Positions 36,400 to 51,330 are shown, numbered from the whole stretch's first letter. The stretch: DNA of 60,884 nucleotides, filler included, from Catajapyx aquilonaris (GCA_000934665.2; 2 parts of 2 records of this genome joined end to end with filler, not necessarily neighbours in it); one strand, 5' to 3'. The notes: a model not told the origin generated them from the sequence alone. Program-made: numbers and translations.

Positions 36400-38700
36400 A
36401 AGATGTGAGCATAAGGATGTGTTGTCACAGAAAAATCTCTGGACACAAACAGGCGCAGCGTCTGAAACATGGATATGATTTATCATGGTTTGACACTTTA
36501 TAACACAACCCTCTAATTTATTAGGAGGATTATGGATATACCATGAAATATATAGTATGTTCCCTATACTCCAATCCTGAAAAAGGATCCCCTTTTTCCC
36601 TTATAGTGCTGCAATGTTTTTCAATTCCTGGAATTTTATTACTCCTTCCAGGTTTTCAATTTGTCCCGAGCTAACTTATTGCTGAGTAGTAGTTTGTCGC
36701 CATGTTTATCAATTTGGGCATTCTGACAAACCACCCTTACATGAAGTCGTGCTGGGTGTTACTGCGGATGTGATAGTGCGTACAGCTAAGTCACTTGTGA
36801 AAATATTGCTTCGCTTTTCTACCAGGGGTAATGTCAGCCTTTGTCAATTGAACAATATGGGTCACATCGTCATTTATTGTTGCGTGCTGCAATTGAATAG
36901 GACGCGATGCACTTTATAATTGGAAGATTCTTTCTTCGTGACAATTACCTGGCTTTTAATGGTGTGACCGTCCGACATGGTTTGCAATTTTTGTATGTTT
37001 GTGGACTCGGCTGGACCCAAGACTCTCCTGCAAGAGAAAGTCTTACTTGTGAAGTATATCACAAGCTGATTTTTTTATATTTTTATTGGCACTGGCTTCA
37101 ATTTTTCAAATGCCTCCACAATATTTGGTCGGATTCAATTCACGTCCATGGAAAAACTCAATGTGAATTGCTGTTGCTTATGCTGCATGAAAATATTGTT
37201 CTTGTGATATCCACAGGTTTATTATTACATGAGTTTCAATTTCGATCAGTTTGACACTTATAGTAATGAGGAATCTGACTCTATATGAAACGGTGTATTC
37301 TGAGCCTGTTTTCTGGTAATAGGTTACGTCAGTCATATTACATTGTTGATGTATTAGTCACATGGGGAGATACCCATTCTGTCGTGAGTCATGATGCCAG
37401 TAAAGCTAGTCGTTCGAGCTCAATATCTAGTCCTGTGGATGGGCATGATTGCTGTTATAGTTTCCGGTGTGACGTCGACGAGCACTGGAGCCAATATGTA
37501 TACCATTTTGGAGCCAAATGATGTCATGTGAAATGCAGCGATTTGGAGGTGGTGTAGTGGTGGGGAGAAGTAATGTCGATTGGTTTTGGTTGGTCTTTTC
37601 ACACCTGCACAGCAGTTCATACGAGACTCAAATCATGATAAAATGTACCAACTCATCTACATTGATTTGGGGAGAAATCATAGGGACAGTGAACTATGTT
37701 TCTACGGGAGTTGGTGGTTCTGTCAAAAGAGTTTTTGTACTGGACAGGTTAACATTATGTGCGATAAAAAGAGACAAAGTTAGTTGTAATGATGACATGT
37801 TGATATGTAATTAAACATTCATTATTAATAATGCGGCTTTAAATGTGGTGTACCTCTGCTACTGACGTAGGGCCTGAATTTTGTTCCGCATCTTGCACAG
37901 ATTTTTCTATTGATGAAGTTTCGACTGTTGCATTTTGGACGTGGGTTACTGATGTCAGCAATGAAACTCCCGTCAGTAAATAAAGAATCTCTTTGTAGCC
38001 TATTACGTGTGGATCATCTGCTTGTCCCGTTATATTGCGATTGGATTAAGATAATATTTGGCGCAGGTGCACGATGTGTTTGGCACTTTTGCTATTGTGA
38101 TGTATCAAGCGTGGTACTGGTCATATGATCCTTGATGTGCTTTTAAAATGAAGCCTTCTCAGTGACGAATGTCAGTCGCAATCAGTTATTAATTGCCTTT
38201 GTGCCATTATTACGTACAGTTGACAGATACATAGGCCAATACTTGAGGATGCGAAGTGTGCAGGGGTTGACACATGACAGTATCTTCTGATGAGTCCATG
38301 TTGAAGAGCCTTCAAGAACATGCAATGGCATACTGCACTTTAAAGTCATACAACCGTCTTCCTGTTGTTGAACTGACTTCCTTAACATAGTGATGGTGAT
38401 GGCCATTGATATGGTGTACATGAAACAATCGAAACTGATTTGTACGTGGTTGGAGGAGAGACTGGGAGTGTCAGGCATACTCAGCCATTCACTTGTTCGG
38501 TGATGTCGGTAAATTCATCCTTGCTTGCATGAGGGCCTTCCCAAGACTTGAGACGGTCGAATTTGGTGATGAATTTCGTTTGCAGTCACAGGTTGGCTGG
38601 GACAGAAGGTTGTGGGGTTTTAATATAGGTGGGATGTGTGCCCTGGAGTCAAATATAGCGTAGTATTGTTGAAACAAGCTGCGAATCAGATATGTTTACA
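36400..38700 (-). pseudogene. Zisupton/KDZ-like relic, copy B
   Basis: RKICARCGTKFR..NNECLI (CxC5-like), EAFEKL..TFSC..GP...SDG, FFCDNTSLCSHLN. Confidence 0.6.
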
Positions 38701-39659
38701 ATTTACTTCTAAATTCAGTGCGTACTAGCAAAAAGGGACGGCAGGAATCGTGTTTGTCAGTATTATCATGGATCGGAAAGGAAACACTCACCAAAGGTCC
38801 CTTAGTTCCCGTCAACGGTTCAATGACAGTAAAATTTCCTACCGCCGAGAAAAATATACTTTATGGCAAAAATGACTCGTATCCAGGTTCAGCAATGACA
38901 TGTTGTTCTGTCATCGAAAAGGATACAATCATTGGACATAAAAACCTGTTGTCCCATGGTGAGTGCTTCATTAGTTCTGGTCCTAATTGGCTGGTGTAAT
39001 TGGCGTTGGAATCATCAGTCCCCTAACCTGAAATATGTTTTATATGGTTTATTGCCTTAAAAAGTGTTAAGCTTACACAGAGATGTTACACTGTATAGGT
39101 GTTGGGTGTGATACGAAGCTGCATCTTGTTATATTGTAAAAAGTTTCCGACTCCACGTGAAGAGTTAATGTAAAGATTGAACTAATTTCTATAGCAATGG
39201 GGCTACAACTTGCGATTTTTGTTTCAATCTTTTGAGGCTCATACTGGCATCTTGGAATTCCCATGCTTTGTGGGCCGCCCTGTGTGTCTGTGTGATTAAA
39301 GATGAATTTGCATGTAACTGGCCCATTTTTATTTGCTTTATGTATTGCCACCCGCAGTTCGATGCTAGTGCGTGTGCTCGGAAGTGAGTGCACGTCACTT
39401 ATTAGTCTTCCGATTGTTTTGTCAATTACTGTGGCGGCAATCTTGGAAGCTTTCATCGTGGGGATAATATATTGGCAGATGTGGATAGGGTGGAAATCTT
39501 TGATATTCCGAAATTAAGGGTACCGTTTTCATATTTGGCGTACGAAAATCACTTGATTCAGTTAGCCTTTTATCGATGGTCTTTGAGTCCATAGTCCATA
39601 TTTCAGGGAAAATAATACATTCACTTTTCTCCATATTTAATTTTTGGACAATTTGGGGC

Positions 39660-42550
39660 ATATCATCTGACTGAATAGGGCGGTTTCCACAACCAAATTC
39701 CTACGTGATTACATGTGATTAGATGATCAATTTGCGTCTCTCGGTTATCAGTACTGAAGCCTTCACTCAGTAGTGGACGGGATATAGACAGAGGATGGTT
39801 TGATGCCAATTGAAAAAGGTACTCACAGAAAATAATGACTGCAAACTGCATCTAAACACCCCACAGTTGCTATGTGGTCTTAGAGTTAGGCCGGACACCA
39901 TATTCACTCCACCACTAGTGGGACTTCATCTTTATTCCAAACATGCCAACCTTCCCATGTTTCAGCCTGTATTCGATGCGAGGATATTCGCATATGTTGC
40001 CGTCGGTCACTGGTCCTGCTGAGCATCGTCTTTGGATATTTACACAAGTCGATTACATGTAGGCATAAACTTGAATCATGGGACTGGCCCAGAAATTGGT
40101 AATATTTTAATGCGAGTAATCCGGCCAGTTAGGCCCATCGTTTCAGTGTCAATACGTTTTCTTCCATTATTGTTGAAAGTTGCTGGGTGTCCAGATCTGC
40201 GTGCCAATTTCCGAAGATTTCAAAACGCAGAGCCTGCTGGTCAAAGGAAGGGTCTCCCAAATTTTGAGAGACGACTCTCAAAACCACACTTTCATTCCCA
40301 TTGAAGTACGCAGAAGCTACGGCAATACACCTCACTAGACAAATACATTTTTGCGCGTACTGTCATTTCAGAAGTAGGCCCTTAACCATATCTGCATCTG
40401 CAAATCGAAAGAGTAGTGGTAATTCCGAAGTAATAGCTACTGTTCCCTTTGCGAGCCCCCACTTTCGTTATGGTATGCTCTGCAACTGGATGGTGTCGGC
40501 TGGTGTACTATTTAATAGGAAGTGCAAAGACGCTATGGGAGGGACACCCATTAGCTTACCCGAATGATAATGTTAAAATGAAGTGTTGCTGTTGGCATGC
40601 AGTATTATAATTTAATGATTGCGTTATACTTTGTATCGACATGTATTCTCACTCAGGGCGTACTTTGATAGCAGTGTCCAATCAGGAAAAGCAGTGCTGA
40701 GAAGCCCTGGTACTCCATTTCACTTGTCGCACGAGATAGGTTCAGCCATTGCATAATGGAATCCCACATCGTTTGCAGAATTAAATATGCATACCTGAAA
40801 AATTATTAGGTTGAGGTCGACTTTTACATGTGCTTTTTATTCCACCCAATGCAATAGCAGCGTTAGTACCAATAGATATGATCAGATTGATTATATGGGT
40901 CTAATCTCGAGATAATGTGTGTAGTTACTTCTCTGTAATGTGGTCGAGGTCTCCCTCGAACGTTACAACCAAAGGATGCTGCGGGCTAATTTGGGAGAAC
41001 ATATGTATATTGATTCGCTAAATATTGTCAAAAAATTTCTGGTTCATGGTTTACGCACATGGTCGAATTCAAGAATGAAACTTTTTTTTTTACAATGTGG
41101 GTGAACACAAAAAATGGAACTATGTTGTTGATCAAAAGCAATAACAATGAATATGGTTGGAAATTGCTCTTCAACATGTCTTCGTCTTACATGAACTCTA
41201 TTTTCGTGTCAGTCAGTGACCTGACAGTGATCTTCTAATAAATTTCAGTAGTCCAACAAGACCTAAAATAATGATTCCATGTGAATGAAGTCAGGCAGTA
41301 AATGTCAAGTTTTCAGATGATTGCAAATATTTGCATGGACAATTTCATTGTAGAGCAAATTAATGTTTTGCATATGAATTTCGCGAGACTTGTTTCGCTT
41401 GCCTTTCTTCTTGTTCCGGTCCGGTTGGTTGTTCACCCAAACTTCTCCACCGAGTCGCTATTCTCAATATCATTCGATTTTGTTAGGCCCCGTGCAACTG
41501 AAGCACTTTAATCTCTTGCATGCAACTGAAAAGTAGTTCATCACGGAGGAAGAAGAAGAAAAAATTGTCTCTGCAAAAGAAAATTAAACTGGCCAGACTG
41601 CAGTCGCAGTTGTCTGTGATGTACTATAGATGGTGATGAATTATGCCGCAATAGCCTCAGTCTCATGGAGACTATTTTCTTCTCCACTACACACGCATCT
41701 GGACGTAATATTTTGATCAGAGACCTGGAGTATATCGATAGTTGCAGTAACTTCATTTTGTCAGTTGATATTGGGCATTCTCCTAGTTACAGACACGGGC
41801 CTGAAAAAAGTGTTTTAAAATGTGTAACCTATATTGCAAAACATTGGGGGCGAGATGGCATATTTGATTGCAGCTGCCATGTGATAGGAATTCTGTATGA
41901 CCACACATTCTATGCTCGGTTGTATAGCTGTTGATCCAGTATTTGGATTTCGAAGGCTTATGATGCTTTCCATGCTCTTGGAAGTGTTAGTGGCAAGGGA
42001 TTTAAAAATGAGAGAAAATTAATGATATTTGCCTGACATGTCTGCTGAACCATCCTCATGCGGTTGATGCCCTCCAGAGTGTCCTTCTGTGTAGTACCAG
42101 AGGGACCTGATGACACTTCCATATCGACTTGCAGTTCATTTCTCAGTCTCTTCAAGATATGAGTTGCAATGTTCCACAGGAATACAAATGTCAAAGCCGA
42201 CACGCTCAATATGCAAAAGGTCCATCACTTGTTGTAAAATCGGCTCCTCACCAGATTTGGGTGTCCTTATGGCCTTCTACCGAGGCTTCTGGTCCTGGGA
42301 TAATATAGTCAACGTTGAAGGCACTTGAAATATCTCCTGCAGAGCTCCAATGGAGTGTTGCTGAGGGAGCGTTCGACATCTCCCCGTAAGAATGGAACCA
42401 TTCATCCTACTATACCAGCTTGTTTACGGTGCCCATTGTAATGGCGTGTGGGACCTGGAGGCGCACATGTTGAAGGACCACATCACTCCAGAGTTCAGGT
42501 ACCAGACACTGGCTATTTGTCAGTCAGGTACACATTTGTATTATGTTGAA
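39660..42550 (-). pseudogene. Zisupton/KDZ-like relic, copy C, with Ulp1 protease
   Basis: EGWHVW...SNCGVF (Ulp1 catalytic Cys region). 39690-40290 is homologous to 43320-44250 and 45515-45850. Confidence 0.5.
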
Positions 42551-43199
42551 TGATATTAAACGTATTTTCTAGGAGATTCAGACAGTTATCTGAATGACAC
42601 TCACTGTCAGTGGCCCTGATCTCATCAGATAGATTTGAAAGTGCGATTGAATGTCGCTGGTGGAATATTGGGTTTTCTCACTTACGAATAAGTGAAAAAT
42701 TACTGATCAATACTACTAGTAGGTTGCTGCATCAGCAATTATCTCTCGCTTTCTTCTTGAGTAATGGTGTTTTTGATATTCCTCTGATTGTCACTTTCCT
42801 TTTTTGGAATCCTGTCCCATGGAGCAGCTTTTGGTAGCGAGCGGACTTGTAAATTTGTTATCCGAGTTCATGGAGAGCTGCATTAGTTTTTACTACTGAA
42901 TTACTTGAGCCGTACATTTGAATACTAATATTACCTGATTAATTGGTACCGTTACTTTGAGATATGCAAATGCAACGACCAATGGAAATAAATACGCAGA
43001 TTTTTGTACAATCAAGTGCTAATAAATGGAAGCTTTCAATTGACATCAACTGGGAATTAAGGCAGAGCTTATTGCGAGGATGTAGGCTGTAGGCGCAGTA
43101 TCTTGTACTTAATCAGCGCAATTGAATCTGGCGAACAGTTCCTTGAGTGTCATGAGAAATCATACATGGCAGTCGTATTGGAACACTTTATTTAGGCTC

Positions 43200-45150
43200 C
43201 GATAATCCTTTACCTTGGGAGGTTTTCCGTAATGAATTTTTCCACTTCTTACGCTGCGTCCCATGTTTTAATGGAAAGGTTGATAATGATTAAATTTTAT
43301 CTTCATATAAGGTGATATCCTAATGCCTACGTGGTGACATGTGATGAGATGATAATTATTTGTTGTGTGGGTTGGCAGCTTTCACTCAGAAGTGGATGGG
43401 ATCTATACAGAGTTTACAGTTTCCTTGTGGCAGGTAAATGATGCCATTTGAAAAATGTACTCACAGAAAAGAATGACCCGACATACTGCATGATAAACAC
43501 CCCACAGTTGTTCTGTGGTCTTGTTATTGTGGGACTCTTGGTGTGTCCACCGTCGTCATCATTCTTCCAAATATGCCATCCCTTATGTGCCTTTAACCTG
43601 TATTCCGGGCTAGGATATTCATTTATTGACTTATGATGACATCGGTCACTGTCCCTGCTTTGGATAGTCTTACATTTACACTAGTCTCCCCCTTCATAAC
43701 AATTATTATTATTATTATTATGGTACGTCAGTGACACTCGAATAACAATATGGGTCGGACAAGCCAGGTCTCTGTCCCGGGGAGGTCACGAAGAAACTGC
43801 CACGTCTTCGATGTGATTGCGCTTACAATATACAGCATTTGCTGGTGATATATGACTCACAATAATTTTAATGTCATAAGTGTTCCTGTAGATAGCATAC
43901 TTCACATGCCATCTGAATGTACATGCCTCGATTGCATTGCAGACAATAATTGGATTCTGGATGCAAGGGAAAATATTTGGACACTGTCGCATATACCTCG
44001 ACACAATTTCATTTACGTATAGGACTGAAGTTGAATCCTGTGACTGGCGTAGAAATTGGTAATACTTGAGAGGTGTGGTAGTTAATACGAGTATTCGGCC
44101 CAGTTAGGCCCATCCTTTGCATATAGTGTCAATAGGTGTCATGAAAATATTGCTGGGTGTCAAATTTTCGAAATGTACAAACTGCTGTTCAAATGAAGGG
44201 TGTCCCAAATTTTGTGAGGTGACATTAACACAAGTCTGCAAATTTTTGCTCATAAATTTAATGACCACTAATGTGAGTATTCTTAATCATTGTTCCCTTC
44301 TCCATATGCAGCCTTTTTTTGCAGCGCACACACACAATCAGGTGTTTTTCATGCAAACGAAGCATATCAGTCAGCTAATCTGAACTTTCGGAAGTCATAG
44401 TCCTATTTGCTGGTTCGATGAAAGCTAGAGGAAGCTGACATTAAATTGCATCAGATGTTAATAAAGTGGCGGGATCGACCTCCATAATAATGTGTGACTT
44501 GGCTCTGAGGCGTCATTAGTCGATAATTTTCATTGAATGAATTGATGAATTTATTCATCTACAGAGGACTCAAATGTTTCAATTATGATGGTCTCCCTCC
44601 TTTGTTCCATGCAAGGGCAGAAAGGTCTGATTAGTGCTGCGTTTTTCTCTGTTGATTCGTGCGTGATTATTGTCCATATATAAGAGGGCAATAATCCCAG
44701 GCTTCTTGTGCTCATAATCTTCGTAGGTCTGGGATTTCATTACTCCTGCCTGATTTTCGGCATATTTCTGAGCTAAGTGAAGGCACGAGTTGGACTTGGT
44801 AGCCAAATAAATAACTGACAAATGAGACCATTTTGACGTATCATCTTTCATGATGTAATTTTATTCTATTTATGCATCATCCTGTGTATTATATCAAGTA
44901 GCTTACTCTTCTCAGGATCGTCCTTGCATCTGCCAGCCGCCTCACAGGCTCCTCGATCCAGGAGGGCTGGTCCAGCTCACCCCCTCTTCCTCCTTTCTTC
45001 TTAGACGATGCAGGGATTCTCTCCACGTAGCGTTTCCTCTTAGTTGACCGATTGTTGCCGGTTTTCTGTCCCAGCAGTACTGCGTCGCCAGCTTACTTAT
45101 TGTAATCTTCTGTCGACCTTCGTCCCACAATGAAATAAAATACGGCTGCA
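43200..45150 (-). pseudogene. Zisupton/KDZ-like relic, copy D, with Ulp1 protease
   Basis: GQLRGNATWRES, QLVPSL..YAENQ, GWHIW..PQNNCGVFIMQY. Confidence 0.6.
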
Positions 45151-45479
45151 AGAGGAAGTGAAAAATTCATGATTATTACATCTTCACATGAAGTCTCACT
45201 TTTCCGTGTAATTATGAGGTGCGACAAGGAAGATGTGCCTCATCTGAGCGTCTTTTAATGGCATAGCTCAAACTAATAGCCTGGGACACTTTCCTGGCAC
45301 CATATTATTTCGTAGCTGAACGGAATATATTGATTTCACTAGAATCTTCCTAACATTTCTATAGGCACAGCCTTTGGATGCATTCGTTTTATGATATATT
45401 AAGTGGGAGAAAACTTGAGAGATTTTCCATGGTGAATCTTTCCAAGTATTATGTGGCTTACCATGTTATAATGGAAACC

Positions 45480-47280
45480 TGGATCATTATTCAGTTTCAT
45501 CTTAATTAGGTGATTACCAAATTCCTACGTGGTGACATGTGATCATATTATCAGTTTTGGGTGTGTGGGTTGGCAGTACTGCAGCTTTCAGTCAGAAGTG
45601 GGTGGGATCTAGACAAAGTCCATTTTCCTTGTGGCTTGATGCAAATTGCGAAATGTACTCACAGGAAAGAATGACTCTGCAAACTGCACCATAAACACCC
45701 CAGTTTTTCTGGTCTTGTGAGACTCGCAGTGTGTCCTCATTCATGTCCGGTCCAAACATCCCATCCTTCCCAAGTTTCAGCCTGTATTCAATGCAAAGAT
45801 ATTCCCGTAGGATAACCCTCTGTCACTGCTTAGCATAGTCTTTATAGATTTATACGATTCTCATAATAAAAGTAATTATTATTTTGGTATGTCAGTGACA
45901 CTGTCGGGCAATCCAGGTCATGTCATGAAAAAATTTCCACGTCTTCGATATTATGGATCTTACAATATACAGTATTTGCTAGTGAAATAACTCTCAAAAC
46001 AGTTCTGCACACAGTAAGGCTTCAGTGGTTTTTTCTACAATGTAGGCTACGTTTACATGGACTTGCGTCTTGGAATAATTTATAGCTGCCCAATTATTGA
46101 CCTGTGCTCAGTCATAATATTTACATCAATTTACAGTCAATTTACCTTGCCTTGACTCCATTTGCCCCAGGGTTTGGACTTCTGCTGGACCTCCATTTTC
46201 TCCGGCTGCGCTGGTTTCATAATGTACCTAGTGTTTGTTCCCTTTCATGTCAAGCACAAACATATGCCGATACAGATAATCTATGGGGCTAGCTTTTGTA
46301 AGTTATGGCTGTACCAAATGTACGACCTATTTCAAAATAGAGCAAGAGATGATGTAATTTCTTTGGTCTTCTGCTGATCAAATACAGAGTTTCGTCTTTT
46401 AACATAAAGAGGATGAGTAATGTTGCTATACCCAACCATTGTTCCCTACTCCATATGAAGCCTTTTTTGCAGCACAATCAGGTGTTTATCATGTAATCTT
46501 AACTTTCGGAAGTCGTAGTCCTATTGGCTGGTTTTATGAAAGCAAGAGGAAGCTGACATTAAATTCTCTGAGGTGTCATTTGTCGATAAGTTTCAAAGTT
46601 CTGTGGGAATTGATTCATCTTCAGCTGACTCAACTATTTCAATTATTATGATGGTCTCCTCCATAGTTCCATGCAAGGGCAGGAAGGTCTGATTAGTGCT
46701 CTATTGTTTCTCTCTGCTGATGTATGCGTGATTTAAGACTAACAGTCCATATGTAAAAGGGGGAAAAAAAACATGTTTTTTGTGCTAATAGTCCCCTAGT
46801 GTAGACTGGGTCATTTTAAACTGCATAATTAGAGTGTAATAATTCAAACCTTTGTCTTCATGTACAGTACTTCATGCTGTGTTCTGTGGACTTCACTCCT
46901 ACTTCACGTGCGGTAGGGTCCAACCCAGTCATATGACATTTTGAAACATGGGATATCCAAGGTTTTGAAATTATGCTCTCTTGTCGCTGTGTCAAATATT
47001 AATATTTTAGCGCATATGCATTTGACACTTGATGGTACAGTACGTTCACTCTGGCAGGGGTCACTGCAGTGATGCAGGTCCATTATCTCTCAACGATTTC
47101 CTGGCTGATTATAATTCATTTGACTAGGCAGTGGTTTTCTATATTTTCTGGAAAAGACGGCATCGGCATAAACAACGTGGCCAGATAGAGTAGCCACATG
47201 GATAAACCGATGATGGGGACTCTCACTCTTTCTCCAATGAAGCCATCGAATCCCTCCGGCTACTACTGCATCAAACTGTT
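45480..47280 (-). pseudogene. Zisupton/KDZ-like relic, copy E
   Basis: GFIHVATLSGHVVYA, KSLRD, KILIFDTA, LRLHDKHL..EQWL. DNA 45515-46750 is homologous to copy D 43320-44690. Confidence 0.6.
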
Positions 47281-48399
47281 ACATGCAACCTGCAGCTTAG
47301 ACATTTCATTTTTCAGTTACAATAATAATAATAATTGTACCTGAGTAATGACTGGGCTAGACCAAGATGCGTGTCTCTCTCCTTAACGAATAAGGCCATC
47401 CAAGTGTTTTTAATCCTGTGCTGCCAACAGATTCGCTTCGTCGGGAAATTTGACATGACCGACAGTACTATTCACGTGATCTTTAAAATTACTATATGAT
47501 TGTAATGTCTCGCCAACTGTGTTCGGTATTTATCTGAGACTTACACCTATCACACTTCTCCAGTCGTGGAACATTTTCTTTTATAATTGGCACAAGAAAG
47601 AAGGCAGATATTTTCTGCCCCTCCTCTATGCTAACCACAATATTGCCTTCCTAGAAATGCGCTGAATCAAATAATAAATTCTAAGAGTCAATGTTGTAAA
47701 ATAGGTAAATAACAGAGCCATCAGTCTCACCAGCAATCTTTTTTGAGGTGTTACTCTCAAATGGTCTCTCTGAATCTGATGAGTAGTCTACAGTACAGAA
47801 ACACACACATAGTTTAAAGCACTTACTATGCTTACATAGTTACGAGCAATATTGAAAGTGTCCATCCCCAAGTCTCCAGACATTTATCTCTCTCATCAAT
47901 AGTGTTTAATAGGTCTTTCATGCCTATCATGTTTGAGCCTCAAAGTGAGCGATACTCATATACGTTAATGGCTTGATCTCTGCGTGATATACCGGCCGTG
48001 TGTGAAGTCCATGAGCTTCTCATCTTGAGCCGTGTTGTTTTGCTGGTGCCAGTCCAAATGAAAAGTGGACCGAGCACCATTCTGCCTATATTGCTGTCAT
48101 ACTGTTCAGATATATCTGTTTTATCCATTGTAGCAAATTCTGCTCCAACAGAGAGAGCTCGGGCTGTTTTGGAATATGTGCCTGTAATTAGGTGTAGTTT
48201 GCTTCTCCACTGTTTCTCCCAAAAGCATATGTGGCTGTGCTGGATGTGTTGTAATATTGGTCTCGAGTATTACCAGATGCCTTCACTTCTTTCAGGCGCA
48301 TCCTTGCCTCTTTTCATAGTCAACTTTGGGTAGTTACCTAGCTTCACTTTCTTGTGCTGATTTGGAGCCTTTTCTTTCAATGCAAAACATGTCTCTAGG

Positions 48400-49200
48400 T
48401 GAAATTCCTGTTGCTTTTGGGAGATAGCTGCGCTTGTGCTGCAATTGACTGATTAAATGCAAGGACATAATATAATGCTTACCCCTTGAGTGGGATATGG
48501 TTGTGTTCCAAAACCTGCATGGACATTAGTAGGTTTTTGAACACAACTTGGAGCATAATGATCAAGCAACCTCTGTTAATGGGTGAGAATTTATATTAAC
48601 AGATTTGATGCTGTATTATATGCCAATTTTTTTTAAATTATACAGGATACAAAAATTACCGTGCCGTCGCTTTGGGGGATTTGGTACGAGTGCTCGACTT
48701 TCAAGCCGCGAGACGGTCAAGATTTTGAGGATATCCATCGGGGGTCTCGGCAGTCGAGTTACATACGATAATAATAATTACAATTTATGTCTTACATCCC
48801 AGAACACTTTCCAGTGTAAAGTCGCTCTGTGTCGGAAAAACTGAAGACTGAGGCAATAATATTGACATTATTTTTACCTGCTACACGCAAGGGTTTCATG
48901 TTTTATCAGTCATAATTGCACTGCTCTTCTTGAAAGTGATTTGTTGTAATTATTCAATGTACTCCACTGCATTTATCCCACCAATATAAATAGTCGCAAA
49001 CACAGACGTTGTTACAGAGGAACATATATTGAATCTATCTTTAAAGATTACACATCATACACTCCCGTCATTACATCATGTGTATGTCAAGTAGCTTGCT
49101 CACCCCTTCTCTCAGCAACCTCTCCTAGAATTCGCCAGCCACCTCAAGGACTCCTCACACTTAATAGTTCTGAGCATATTGCTATTCACTTGATAGCAAT
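48400..49200 (-). pseudogene. Zisupton/KDZ-like relic, copy F (short)
   Basis: HPLT...DHYA. 49085-49156 resembles 44892-44955. Confidence 0.4.
48662..48780 (+). mobile_element. Degraded tRNA-derived SINE-like insertion
   Basis: GCCGTCGCTTTGGGGGATTTGGTACGAGTGCTCGACTTTCAAGCCGCGAGAC has an A-box-like, tRNA 5'-half shape and an (ATA)n tail. No intact B box. Confidence 0.3.
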
Positions 49201-50299
49201 AGACTGTTTCAGTAATAGCAATATATTGCAACTGACTGCATGCAAAATGCATTTTATAAATCCATTCTACAATGCATATTGTGCGGTCATCAATAATGTA
49301 CTTCTTTGAGTGGAGCCGTCTTCATGAATCCTACCTGGTCGTGTTCCATCACTTAGACGTCAACAGCTGCTCACCATTATTTTTGTTGACATTGCTGTGA
49401 AACAAATTCAATTCGAGGCATCTGTCAGCCTGGTCAAAGCACGTCGCAACTCGTGATGATGGGTATTCGTCTGGGTCGAGCCACATCATTGGAGTGCATT
49501 ACAGATAAACATTGTTGAATTAGATCTGATGAGAGTAAGTAATGTACACTGCACCGTATTGTTGGTGAGTCGTGGATATGTTTAATAATATTTACTTGCT
49601 TTTCTGGGTGAGTGCTCTGGTGTCGATATCTTATGATTGCATCCGTCAATTTGAAATTCAGGTTGAAGTCCTAGTGTTGTTTTATTCCAACATTAATTAT
49701 TATTAGGCAATACTGATACAACACCCCCAATACAAGTAAATTATTTCTGTGAAGTCAATTTCACCTTTGGTCAATGCCATTTATTATTTGGCCGTTATTA
49801 GGAGGAGGCATGTGCAGTAATTTGGTATTAATATTAGCACAACAACCTCATGCCAGTGCTAGAATACGCGTAATGTGAAATCTACTAATGACAGGAGTTA
49901 TGAAGATTTGTATTGAAGGGTTTTAGTTCTTAATTGATGTGAAATATAGCGCATGGGAAAATTCGCCTCAATCATTATTTTCGCAACCGTTACATACATA
50001 TTGCTGTCATCCTGTTCAATAATTTGATTGTTACTAATTCAACATGTGTGTGACGTATGTCGTCCTCATTCGGCGACCCTGACAGGTCGGGTTTTTAGCA
50101 TTTACTCAGTGGGAAAATGGCCACCGCATGGGGATGCCTGCATTCATTGCGACGGATGGTGTGGGATACCGTATGTGTATTACAAGACTTGCAACCCTGG
50201 GAACACAAATATTAAGCGAATTACTTCGAGTGTACTTGGCAGAAGTCAGCTGCTTAGCCCTGGGGCCCAGTTCCATTGACTGTAATGTCCTCTGATTTA

Positions 50300-50871
50300 A
50301 AATTGTACATGACAATCGTTTGATATAGTACAGTATTATACAGTAAATTTGGTATGAAGCAAAAGTGAGTGGGTCAAAGGGAGGTGGGCGTATTTCATTC
50401 AGTATTCTAAACTGCAGTTGATCACCCAAGACACTATACTGTCTCTTTTATCATTACGTAAAAGTTTATGCAAATTGTGGGGGAAATGCAAAAGGCTTTT
50501 AGTCCCATACATGGCAGCATGCTATAAGTCAATGTTGTTTATTATTGACGGATGGAATTAAAATTGATCTTCGTTTCAGATGAATCATCACGGTACATAA
50601 TAGGTATACAGTTTTATATGGTAATTTATTTCTGACTCAGTTTATTATGGGCAGGACCCTTTAAGACGTTGGTCTGACTACAGTCATGTGGTCTGCCAGC
50701 CAATTTGAACTGAGGTAGTTCTCCTGGATAAGCTGTGCGTGTACGTCGTTGGGAATCTGCACATTGTCGTAAGGATTCATTTTTTTCTGATATCATGATG
50801 GGTCCCAGCGACTTCACCATGTCCACGAGATACTCCGTTGGGCCATACCCACAGAGTTGGCGAACCCTCAT
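50300..50871 (-). pseudogene. Polinton/adintovirus-type phospholipase A2 (parvovirus VP1-like) relic
   Basis: AYPGE...N..GP..KL (50640-50735) then INNIDL*HAAMY (~50508-50545) resemble PGExH..N..GPxT.L / INxLDxAAxxHD. Confidence 0.55.
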
Positions 50872-50959
50872 CTTACCCCTCCAACCAATGTCTATGGCGC
50901 ATTAGTCCATAAACAACAGTCATTTTCAGTCCAATCCGTGTAACCGTGTGGTAAGTAAA

Positions 50960-51330
50960 AGGACTTTAAAATGAATTATTTACAATAATTGTACCATGTG
51001 GCAATCAACCCATGCGTAAATAAACGATAATTTGGCACAAGCTCTTACTAATGTTATAATCGCATGATTGATACCGGTCATTAATTCTTTGAAATGAATA
51101 CATGTTGCTTACCAAGTGTGTACCGCAAGTATTAGGCCAAGCTACAGTACATTTTAAAAATCTCACACGCACTTTAAGCACCATTGTTGCTCATGTTAAG
51201 TACTGGCTAAAAATAATGGATTTGTATTATTTGTCACGTTGCAACACGGGATTGATGGATGGAGTAGCATATCTTCTTTGTTCCCGTATAGCCAGCATCA
51301 CCGTCGTCTGTCATGGGGAGCAAAAATGTT
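50960..51330 (-). pseudogene. Polinton/adenain-type cysteine protease relic
   Basis: DML..PCCNVTNNTNP...QW and INDRYQS...LC..Y..MG resemble DxLP..IxNTD...HW / NxxxxQS...C..Y...G. It lies next to the PLA2-like piece. Confidence 0.45.

Noticed and set aside
39663..39851. Possible negative-strand RNA virus L protein fragment
   Set aside because: The adjacent frames give Ulp1-like NCGVF motifs, and the block is repeated within the Zisupton-like array.
48662..48720. Functional tRNA gene
   Set aside because: No T-loop/B box or acceptor stem; kept only as a low-confidence SINE head.
50980..51060. KSLCQ read as RecQ helicase motif I
   Set aside because: There is no preceding TGxG. The surrounding motifs and the neighbouring PLA2-like piece fit a Polinton-type protease better.
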